Of a DNA stretch of 64,000 nt, positions 33,733 to 42,000 are shown one piece after another. Below the pieces are notes generated by a model, which worked only from the letters and a program-made list of their open reading frames with translations, did no database searches and was not told where the DNA came from. A program made the position numbers and the translations under genes. Every line of letters begins with the position of its first letter. Position 1 is the stretch's first letter. The DNA comes from Candidatus Limnocylindria bacterium (GTDB taxonomy: Bacteria > Chloroflexota > Limnocylindria > QHBO01), in NCBI GenBank assembly GCA_038328565.1, contig JBBQMC010000001.1, positions 4,237-68,236 on the forward strand, in the 5' to 3' direction.

Positions 33733-33791
33733 TCCCCGGTTCCTATACTCAGTATGGGTCGAACTTCACCGCGCTTCGTTAGGTCTCGTCC

Positions 33792-36014
33792 ATGTCCTCG
33801 CGCCTTGCCACTCGCATCGGTCTGCCCGCAGCCGAGGAACGCGCTGCCGGGGCGCTCGACGTCGCGCGCTTCCACGAGCCGACGGTCGGGGCTCGGGCGC
33901 GGACGAAGGGATCGCTCTTCCTGCTGGCCCAGGTGACCGGCAGCGATCCGTCGCTCGGCCGGGCCGCGCGCGAGGCCCTCGACGAGATCGAGCGGGACTA
34001 TTACTACGACCTGTCGGTCGGCGCCCTCGGCGCGCTCGCGAAGGCGATCGAGGCGGCGAACCGGCGGCTCTACCACCATCGCCGCAAGCTCGGGATCGGG
34101 AAGCGCGGCGGGGTCGGCGTGGTGGCGGTCGCGGTGCGCGGGCGTGAGCTCCACGTCGCGAAGCTCGGCCCGGCGAGCGCGGTCGTCGTCCGCGGCGGCC
34201 GGATGTACGAGCTGCCGCCACCCCCGGCCGTGGCCGACGAGGATCCGCGCGTCCGGCGGCGCCGGGTTGCCGGCACCCTCGGCGAGGCGCTCCAGGTCGA
34301 GCCGTACACGTGGCAGGGCGAGCTCGCCGCCGGCGACCGGATCGCGCTGGTGAGCCGCAACCTCGCCCACGTGGTGGGCGTCGATGAGCTCAAGCGCTCG
34401 CTCGACGTGATGCGCCCCGCCGCTGCCGCCGAGCACCTTCAGCAGCTGTTCGCGATCCGCGGCGGCAGCGGCTCGGACGGGTTGCTCGTCATCGAGATCG
34501 ACGAGGTGGCGGCGACGGCGACGACCCGCCAGCTCGAGCCGGTGCGGCCGGCGGAGCCGCTCGCCGGGCTTCCGGACGAGAGCCCGGTCCCGCTCGCCGA
34601 CGCGATCGGGCGCCTGCTCCACCGTGCGGGCGCGGGGATCGACGCGCTCCAGGCGGCCTCGGGGCGCGGCCTGCTGCGGCTCATCAATGTCATCCTCGCC
34701 TTCGTCCCGCACCGGCGGCCCGGCTACCCGCGCACCGTGTCGCGGACCGATGAACGCGAATCGGGGCGCCGCCGCCGGCTGGGGCTGGCCTGGATGGTCG
34801 TGGTTGCCGGTATCGCCGCCGCCGGGGTGATGGTCGGATCACTGCCGTCGGCGACGCCCACCGACGCGATCCCGCGCGCCCAGGTGGCCCGCCGGGCGAT
34901 CACCGACGCCCAGCAGCTCGTGGCCCAGGTCGAGGACGAGGTCGAGGGTCGCGACCTCGTCGCGCGTGCCCCGGAACAGGCGAAGACGCTCCTCGACGAG
35001 GCGTTCGGGGCGGTGGAGCGCGCCGCTGGCGCCGGCGTCGCGACCACCGAGCTGGAACCGCTCCGCGCACGCGTGGATCGCGGCCTCGACGCGCTCTACC
35101 ACGTCGCCCGGATCCAGGACATTGCCATCGTGGCCGACCTCGCCAGCACGCTCGAGGCGGTTCACGCCACGCGGATGGTCGCCTCCTCCGATGGCGCGCT
35201 CTGGCTCGCCGACGAGGGCCGCGGTCGCGTGATCCGCGTCGACCCCGCGGACGGATCGGCGACCGTCGTCTATCGCGCGGGCCAGGAGCTTGCCGGCGGC
35301 GTCGCCGCCGCTCCCTGGCTCATCGCCACGGCCGCCACGGACGTGGTGGTCGTCGACCGCTCACGGCAGGTGTGGCGAATCGACCTCACCGAGCTGCTGC
35401 CGCACCGCATGCCGCTCAAGGGGATCGAGGCCATCTCGGCCGACAGCCAGCTCCTGGCGGCACTCCAGCATCGGCCGCCGCTCGAGATCTTCAACCTCTA
35501 TCTCGTCGACGCGGCGAATGGCGTCATCGACAAGTGGTCCCCGCCGGCTGTCATCCCGGTGACGTTCCCCAGCGCCCCGCAGCCCTTCCTCAGCGCCGAG
35601 CCCGACATCCCGCCCCAGCGGGCGCGCGACCTGCTCGTCGACGCGAACCTGTGGCTGCTCCAGCGCAATACGGTGACGCGGGTGAACTTCGGCACGCCGC
35701 TGCCGCAGACCGACTTCTCGCTCGACCCGCCGCCGGACGCCCAGGTCCGCGACGCGGTCGACTATCGCCTCTTCGACGCAGCGACAATCGGTGAGCGGGA
35801 GCTGTTCTTCGTCTACGACGCGGCGAACGCGCGGATCGTCGGTTTCCAGCGCGCGGATGGGGCGTTCGTCGGGCAGTGGATGGCGCCGCGGGCCGGCGCG
35901 CAGAAGGACCTGCTCGCCGACGTCGTCGGCCTGCATGTGGCGTCGGTGGCCGACGGCCCGCCGGTCGCCTACCTCGCCACCCTGGACCGGGTGGTGCGCG
36001 TCGTGCTCGAGTAG
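33792..36014 (+). CDS. Membrane protein: degenerate PP2C (PstP-like) cytoplasmic domain, one TM, extracytoplasmic repeat (beta-propeller-like) domain
   Basis: 740 aa. The N-terminal ~250 aa align by eye with PPM phosphatases, but metal-binding Asp positions are replaced (ADGMGG to AQVTGS, GDS to GPA, CSDG to VSRN). TM is LGLAWMVVVAGIAAAGVMVGSL. The C-terminal part has repeated blades such as LWLADEGRGRVIRVDP, VVVVDRSRQVWRIDL and LFFVYDAANARIVGF. Confidence 0.7.
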   Translation: MSSRLATRIGLPAAEERAAGALDVARFHEPTVGARARTKGSLFLLAQVTGSDPSLGRAAREALDEIERDYYYDLSVGALGALAKAIEAANRRLYHHRRKLGIGKRGGVGVVAVAVRGRELHVAKLGPASAVVVRGGRMYELPPPPAVADEDPRVRRRRVAGTLGEALQVEPYTWQGELAAGDRIALVSRNLAHVVGVDELKRSLDVMRPAAAAEHLQQLFAIRGGSGSDGLLVIEIDEVAATATTRQLEPVRPAEPLAGLPDESPVPLADAIGRLLHRAGAGIDALQAASGRGLLRLINVILAFVPHRRPGYPRTVSRTDERESGRRRRLGLAWMVVVAGIAAAGVMVGSLPSATPTDAIPRAQVARRAITDAQQLVAQVEDEVEGRDLVARAPEQAKTLLDEAFGAVERAAGAGVATTELEPLRARVDRGLDALYHVARIQDIAIVADLASTLEAVHATRMVASSDGALWLADEGRGRVIRVDPADGSATVVYRAGQELAGGVAAAPWLIATAATDVVVVDRSRQVWRIDLTELLPHRMPLKGIEAISADSQLLAALQHRPPLEIFNLYLVDAANGVIDKWSPPAVIPVTFPSAPQPFLSAEPDIPPQRARDLLVDANLWLLQRNTVTRVNFGTPLPQTDFSLDPPPDAQVRDAVDYRLFDAATIGERELFFVYDAANARIVGFQRADGAFVGQWMAPRAGAQKDLLADVVGLHVASVADGPPVAYLATLDRVVRVVLE

Positions 36015-36033
36015 CCGGCGCTATCATCGGGCC

Positions 36034-36585
36034 ATGGGCGAACTGCCGTACGGACGCGTGCGCCTCATCGAGATGGTCGTGGAGAGCGTCCGCGTCCACA
36101 TGCTCTCGAGCCAGCACGTCGTCATCCTGAAGGACAACGAGCGGGACCGATACCTGCCCATCTGGATCGGTCCGGCCGAGGCCAACGCGATCGCGATGCG
36201 CCTCCAGGGGCTGTCCGCCGAGCGCCCGCTGACCCACGACCTGCTCGTGAGCGTGGTCGCCACCCTGCACTCGACGATCAGCCGTATCGTCGTCACCCAC
36301 GTCAACGAGGGGACGTTCCACGCCCGCCTCTACCTCGAGAACGCGGATGGCGAGGAGGCGGAGGTGGACTCGCGAACGAGCGACGCGATCGCAGTCGCGG
36401 TCCGCACCGGCTCACCGATCTACGTTGACGAGCGGGTCCTCGACGAGGCCGGCGTCGAGCCGGACCATCTCGAGGAGGGCGAGACCGGTCCCGAGGACGA
36501 GAAGCTGGCGGTGTTCCGCGAGTTCATCAACTCGCTCGACGTCGACACGGACGCCGGCGACACCGGGCCACCGGACGAGCAGTAG
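36034..36585 (+). CDS. Bifunctional nuclease family (DUF151/BFN) protein with acidic tail
   Basis: ATG 36034 gives MGELPYGRVRLIEMVVESVRVHMLSSQHVVILKDNERDRYLPIWIGPAEANAIAMRLQG...RPLTHDLL, the BFN-domain pattern. Confidence 0.85.
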   Translation: MGELPYGRVRLIEMVVESVRVHMLSSQHVVILKDNERDRYLPIWIGPAEANAIAMRLQGLSAERPLTHDLLVSVVATLHSTISRIVVTHVNEGTFHARLYLENADGEEAEVDSRTSDAIAVAVRTGSPIYVDERVLDEAGVEPDHLEEGETGPEDEKLAVFREFINSLDVDTDAGDTGPPDEQ

Positions 36586-36625
36586 TTCCTGGCTGCGGCG
36601 CGCGTTCCGTCGGGGGTTCGGTCGC

Positions 36626-37405
36626 CTAGGTGCGGGAGCGCCTCGGCCCAAGCACCTCGCGGCGATGCAGCCAGAGGGCGATCCGCAGCTTCCCGATATC
36701 GCGGAACGTGCGGAGGATCTTCCGGAACGAGGCGCCCGTGTTCGTGCCCGCCGTCCGTGGGTAGTGGTTGACGCCGACCTGTGCGATCCGCTCGCCGCGC
36801 GCGCGGAGCTTGATCAGGAGCTCGGCCGACAGGAACGGGGAGTCGGCGTCGAGGCGCAGGCCGTCGAAGACCTCCCGTCGGAACAGCTTCATGGCGCAGT
36901 CGATGTCGCGCGCCCGCAGGCCGAAGAGGACGGACACGATGGCGTTGTACGTCTTGGCGATGAAGATCCGGTGCGCCGGATCGCGGCGCCTGATCCGGTA
37001 GCCGATCACCACGTCGACCGGCTTCTGGCGTGGGTCGTCGAGGCGGGAGATGAGACGCCCCATCTCGGTGAGGTCGAACTGGAGGTCGCCGTCGGAGAAC
37101 GAGATGAGGCGTCCGCGCGAGTTCGCGAAGCCCGTCCGCAGCGCGCCGCCGTAGCCGCGGTTCTCCTGATGGACGACGCGGACCTCGGGATGCGCAGCGG
37201 CGAGCGCGTCCGCGAGCTCGGAGGTGCGATCGGTCGAGCCGTCGTCGACGATGACGATCTCCATCGAGTCGACGAGCGGACCGATGTCGGCGAGCGCTCG
37301 TTCGACGGTGCGCTCCACGTTCTCCTCCTCGTTGAAGGCGGGGAAGAAGAAGCTGAGCTGGGGCGGATCGGTCTCGTGGGGCTCGCGCGTTGGCTCCGGG
37401 TTCAG
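36626..37405 (-). CDS. GT2 glycosyltransferase, polyprenol-phosphate sugar (Ppm1/DPM1-like) synthase; probable CTG start
   Basis: The track ORF starts at GTG 37318, which would delete the conserved first strand. The open frame upstream reads LNPEPTREPHETDPPQLSFFFPAFNEEENVERTV. Also has IVIVDDGSTDRT, ENRGYGGALRTGF and DGDLQFD. No ATG/GTG/TTG exists upstream. CTG 37405-37403 overlaps the upstream stop (CTGA) and has GAGGTG 5 nt upstream. Confidence 0.85.
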   Translation of the reverse strand: MNPEPTREPHETDPPQLSFFFPAFNEEENVERTVERALADIGPLVDSMEIVIVDDGSTDRTSELADALAAAHPEVRVVHQENRGYGGALRTGFANSRGRLISFSDGDLQFDLTEMGRLISRLDDPRQKPVDVVIGYRIRRRDPAHRIFIAKTYNAIVSVLFGLRARDIDCAMKLFRREVFDGLRLDADSPFLSAELLIKLRARGERIAQVGVNHYPRTAGTNTGASFRKILRTFRDIGKLRIALWLHRREVLGPRRSRT

Positions 37406-39021
37406 GGCAGCACCTCGACGATGTCCGTGTAGCCGCCGTACGTCTCGACCGGCCGCGTCCGGAAGACCGCCAGCAGGCGTGCCGCCTCCCAGTCCGGCGG
37501 CACGAGGTAGACGGGGCGCCGGCCGAGGTAGGCGCGAATGGCGGCGTCGATCGTACTCCAGCCATCGTCGAGGATGTTCCGCTCGTCGATGATCATGATG
37601 TCAGGGCGATCGCCGAGCACCCAGCGGTGGTACCACAGCGGCGTGCTGTAGCTCCACCAGCTGATGATCACCGCGTCCGGCGGCAGGGCTCGATACACGC
37701 TCGCGACCCACAGGTCCGCCTCGTGGTTGGCGGACTGGTCGCGCACGTCATAGCGGGTCACGAGCGCAACGACCGGCAGCAGCGCGCCGAGGAGGAGCAC
37801 GGTCGTGCCCGCGATCCGCGCCGCCGCCCGGCGGCCGGCAACGTCGAGCGTCCGCCGCGTCGCCTCTGCGATGGCGCGGCTTCCCGCCGCCGCGAGGCTG
37901 CCGACCGCCACGCCCACGAAGACGCAGGCCACGAGCGTGCTGAGCAGGTAGTAGCGGTCGATGTCCCCGTCCTGGAAGTTCATCGAGTAGAACACGTTCG
38001 AGACCATGAGCAGCACGAGGAATGCGAACGCCCCCAGGCGCTTGACGGCGAGGCTCGCGGCGCCCATCGCCACGACCAGCCAGCCCGGGCCGACGAGCTG
38101 TGCAGCGAGCACGCTCTCCGCCTTCGCCCACTTGAAGTCGATGTACTGGAGCGGGCTGCTCAGCTGGTCGAAGAGACCGTGGAACTGCTCGGCGAAGACG
38201 AGGTAGCGGAACCCCTCCCACGTTGTCGGGCGCGCGTAGAAGAGCGGCGGCTCGGGCCAGATGTGCGCCCGGATCGGGATGTAGAGGTAGACGAGGAGGC
38301 CGAGCAGCAGCAGCCCGGCGCACGCGAGGAGGAGGCGCCAGCGGCGCCAGATGCCGGGGTCGACGATGAACAGCCACGGACCGATGGCGAAGGCCATCAA
38401 CCCGGTCAGTGGATGGTTCCCCATCCCGATCCCGAACATGAGCGCAGCCACGGCCAGCCAGCGGCCGCGATGCCGCGACCCGGCCCATTCCGCGGCGCGC
38501 CACGTGACGAGCAGCCACACGATGAGCGCGGCGATGAAGATGTGGATGGCGTGGACGTCGGCGCGCAGGGCGTTCTCCCACACCTCGCCCGCGAACGCGA
38601 AGGCGGCACCCGCCACCGCCGCGGCGACGGCGGTGACCCAGCGGTTGCGCTCCTCGAGCAGGTGGGCGGTGATGAGGACCGTCAGGCCGGCCGCGAGCGC
38701 CACGCAGACCGCCGACAGCAGGTTCATGCGGTATGCGACCTCCCCGATCGGGAGCTGGCTCCACAGCCACCCCAGGAGGGCGTAGGTCGGGAAGCCGGTC
38801 GGATGGAAGATCGACAGGGTGTGCGGCACCGTCTGCGCCTCGCCGGTGTCCCAGAAGCCCGCCGCCGGCATGAGCGTGCGCAGGTAGATGGCGAAGGCGA
38901 CGAGGGTGATGAAGGCAGCCGCCCACGCCACGGGGCCGGAGACGTACGGCAGCCCGAGCCCGTGGTGTCGCGGCGCAACCGGGGGCGCCGCGGGCACGTC
39001 CGAGGCCCGATGTATACTCAC
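37402..39021 (-). CDS. DUF2723 (TMEM260-like) GT-C fold membrane glycosyltransferase
   Basis: The real gene is the C-terminal ~540 aa of the 793-aa track ORF. Has AGFWDTGEAQTVPHTLSIFHPTGFPTYALLGW (the FWDxGE and HPxGxP motifs of DUF2723), about 11 TM segments, then a soluble C-terminal domain. The start is GTG 39021 or GTG 38997. Confidence 0.8.
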   Translation of the reverse strand: MSIHRASDVPAAPPVAPRHHGLGLPYVSGPVAWAAAFITLVAFAIYLRTLMPAAGFWDTGEAQTVPHTLSIFHPTGFPTYALLGWLWSQLPIGEVAYRMNLLSAVCVALAAGLTVLITAHLLEERNRWVTAVAAAVAGAAFAFAGEVWENALRADVHAIHIFIAALIVWLLVTWRAAEWAGSRHRGRWLAVAALMFGIGMGNHPLTGLMAFAIGPWLFIVDPGIWRRWRLLLACAGLLLLGLLVYLYIPIRAHIWPEPPLFYARPTTWEGFRYLVFAEQFHGLFDQLSSPLQYIDFKWAKAESVLAAQLVGPGWLVVAMGAASLAVKRLGAFAFLVLLMVSNVFYSMNFQDGDIDRYYLLSTLVACVFVGVAVGSLAAAGSRAIAEATRRTLDVAGRRAAARIAGTTVLLLGALLPVVALVTRYDVRDQSANHEADLWVASVYRALPPDAVIISWWSYSTPLWYHRWVLGDRPDIMIIDERNILDDGWSTIDAAIRAYLGRRPVYLVPPDWEAARLLAVFRTRPVETYGGYTDIVEVLP

Positions 39022-39072
39022 CGCCGCCGTGCCGTGCCAGACTCGGCGTCGCCGTACCCGGCGACGCCTTCG

Positions 39073-42000
39073 ATGACCTCCCGTCCCATGCGGCGGCCGG
39101 ACGCGAGGCCATTCGCAGACGGCCTGCCTCTCGACCCCGGCGCGCTCCTCGGCGTCCTGATCCTCATTGGTCTGCTGCTGCGGGCCCTCATCGCTGGCAT
39201 CCTGCTGCCGACAAGCGGCTTCCGGATCGACATCGTCGACTTCGCGGCATGGGGGCAGCGACTCGCAAGTGTCGGGCCCGGCGCATTCTACGATCCGAGC
39301 GTCTTCAGCGATTATCCGCCCGGCTACCTCTACGTCCTCTGGGTCCTCGGGATCGTCGGCAAGCTGCTGTCCCCGCTGGTCGGGCAGGACGCCACCGCCG
39401 GGCTCGTGAAGATCCCCGGCATCCTCGCCGACGCGGGGGTCGCCTGGCTCCTCTTCAGCTATGGCAGGCGCTTTCTCCATCGCCGCTTCACGCTCGCCGG
39501 CAGGAGCTGGTCGGGCGGGGCGGTGGGACTGCTGGCCGCCGCCATCTACCTGTTCAACCCCGCGACGATCTTCAACAGCGCCATCTGGGGCCAGGTCGAC
39601 TCGGTGGGCACGCTCATCATCCTCGGCACCCTGTACGCGCTCGCGGCGGGCTGGACCGAAGCCGCCGCGCTCGGGGCCATCGTCGCCCTGCTCGTGAAGT
39701 TCCAGTACGCCTTCCTCATCCCGATCGTCGCTGTGGTCGGGATCCGCCGCCACCTCCTCGGCCGCTCCGCCGACCCGGCACACGATGACCAGCGTGACCC
39801 GCTGCGGGTGCTGACCTCACTCGCGGTGGGCGTCGGCGCGCTCGTGCTCCTGCTCGCCCCGTTCGGGATGACGGTGTGGTCGCCGAATCCGGATCCGAAC
39901 GTCAGCCTGATCGGCAAGTTCGGCCAGGCGGCGACGACGTACGAGGGGCTCGCGATCAACGCCATCAACCTGTGGCGCAACGCATGGAGCGGGCTCGGCG
40001 ACACGCTCCAGTGGGGCTGCGACGTGCCGGCCGTGCCGCCCGACCTGGGCTGCGGGGGACCCGGCATCGCGATCGCGGCTGGCGGCTTGGCCGTCTCATG
40101 GCAGCTGCTCGGAACGCTGCTCTTCGCCGCGGCCGCCCTGGTCGCCATCTGGCAGGTCTGGCGCCATGACGAGCCGGAGGGCATCCTCCTCGGCTCGTTG
40201 CTCGTGGCGGTCGCGTTCTTCGTGCTGCCGACCCGCGTCCACGAGCGCTACCTCTTCCCGGCCATCGCGCTCGGCGCGCTCCTCGTCCTGCGGGCGGCGC
40301 CGCGGCTGGCGCTGACCGGCACGCTCCTGGCGGTCGGGGCGGCGGTGGCCGTCGCCATCGGCCTCGACGTCGTGCCAGGCTTCCGCCTCGTCGGCGACGG
40401 CACCTGGCCCGCCTGGTTCCTCCTCATCTTCCCGCTGGCGGCCGCCGCCGTCGCCCTGCTGCTCGTCCGCTACGGGTGGGCCGCCCTGTTCGGCCTGCTC
40501 ACGCTCTCGCTGACCGCGAACGCGCTGTGGGTCTACACCGCCGACTGGTCGTTCGCCGGCGATCCGCCCATGAATCCGGGCTTCGGCGGCGGCGCCATGG
40601 ACCTCGGCCCGTTCTTCGACGACGTGATCTGGACCGATGCCGCCCTCTACCTGCTCGGGATCTCCATCGTCGTCGCATTCGGCTGGCTCGCGGTCCGGGT
40701 AGCGCGGGCCGCCCTGGCCCCGGCAGCCACGCGGGCGATCGAGCTCAGCGCGCCCGTCGCCGCAATGCCATCTCCTGCTGCCATGCCGCCCCTCCCGGAG
40801 GTCGCCATCACGAACGCCCGCGAGGAGGACCCGCTCTACCGAGAGCCGCGCCGTCGCCTCGATCGGCTCGACGCGCTCCTCCTCGTCGGGCTCGTCGTCT
40901 TCGGCCTCCTCTTCCGCCTCTGGCGCCTCGACGTCCCGCAGGCCTACCACTTCGACGAGGTCTACCACGCCCGCTCCGCGATGGAGTGGCTGTCCGACTG
41001 GGAGCACGGCTGGACCCGGGACACCTACGAATGGACACACCCGATGCTCGCGAAATACCTCATCGCGGCCGGGATCGTGGCCATGGACCCGAACAACGTG
41101 CGCGACACGACGGACGTCGCCAGCCCGGGACCGGCGATCGCGGTCGCTCCCGCCAGGAGCTTCGAGCAGCACCCGCGCTCGGTGACGTTCACCGTGGAGG
41201 GTGGCCAGATCGTGGCCCGCGATGCGCTCGACGGAACCGAGCTCAGCCGATGGTCCGCGGGAGGCGCGATCGCGTCGCTCGCGTGGGACATGACGGTCCA
41301 GCGCCTCCTCGCCGGCCGCGCCGAGGGCGGCATGGTCCAGGCGTACGACCTTGCCGGCTACCTCACAGAGAGCGGGCCGCGCGCTCCGCCGCCGGCAGGG
41401 GCGACCTGGGCGACCACGCTGGGCAGCGTCGACCAGCTCGTCGTGTCCGATGACGGGGCCACGATCCTCAGTCGCGGGCCGGATCGCATCGCGCGGCTCG
41501 ATCCGGCGGGGACGACGATCAGCGCCAGCGTCGAGTTGACGACCGGGGGCCTCGCCTATCTCCCGAAGGTCGAGACCACCGCGGCGTACGTGCTCGCGAC
41601 CGACGTGCGCGCCGGCGCGGTGAACGTCCTCGACCCCGCCACCCTTCAGCCCGCGGCAAGCAGGGAACCGCTCCAGCCGAACTCGACGCCGGTCGGACCG
41701 ATCCTGGTCCAGGGTTCCGGCGCCGACATGCAGATCTGGGTCCCGGTAGGGCCACAGCCCGGTGACCCGGGCGCCTTCCCGGCCACCGGCGGCGGGATCG
41801 CGGTGTTCGGCCATTCGTTCAGCCTCATTGGGACGACCCCGCTCCCCGGCGCGCCGCGCCAGATCGCCTGGGAGCCGGTGGTCAACATGGTCTACGTCAC
41901 CGGCGTCACCGATGACGGCGCGTCGCCGGTCCTGTGGGCCGTGGAGCCGCACGGCGAGTCCGGCAACGCCGGCCAGCTGCGCTCGGGCTTCTCGGTCTGG

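Noticed and set aside
34367-34383. CACGTG-centred imperfect palindrome CGCCCACGTGGTGGGCG, together with a TTCCACGTG half-site at 13853-13861, considered as extra parS sites
   Set aside because: Only the central CACGTG or one half matches. The flanks do not fit TGTTNCACGTGAAACA, and both lie in contexts (coding or spacer) with no other support.
37390-39009. First ~540 codons of the 2171-aa plus-strand track ORF
   Set aside because: This part is antisense to the DUF2723 gene and is Arg/Asp/Glu/His-rich low complexity. Membrane-protein character begins only after ~39090, so the real gene starts at 39010-39088.
39022-39783. N-terminal ~250 codons of the 793-aa minus-strand track ORF
   Set aside because: Antisense to the start of the fusion glycosyltransferase, acidic and low-complexity. 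The DUF2723 motifs begin just downstream of GTG 39021.
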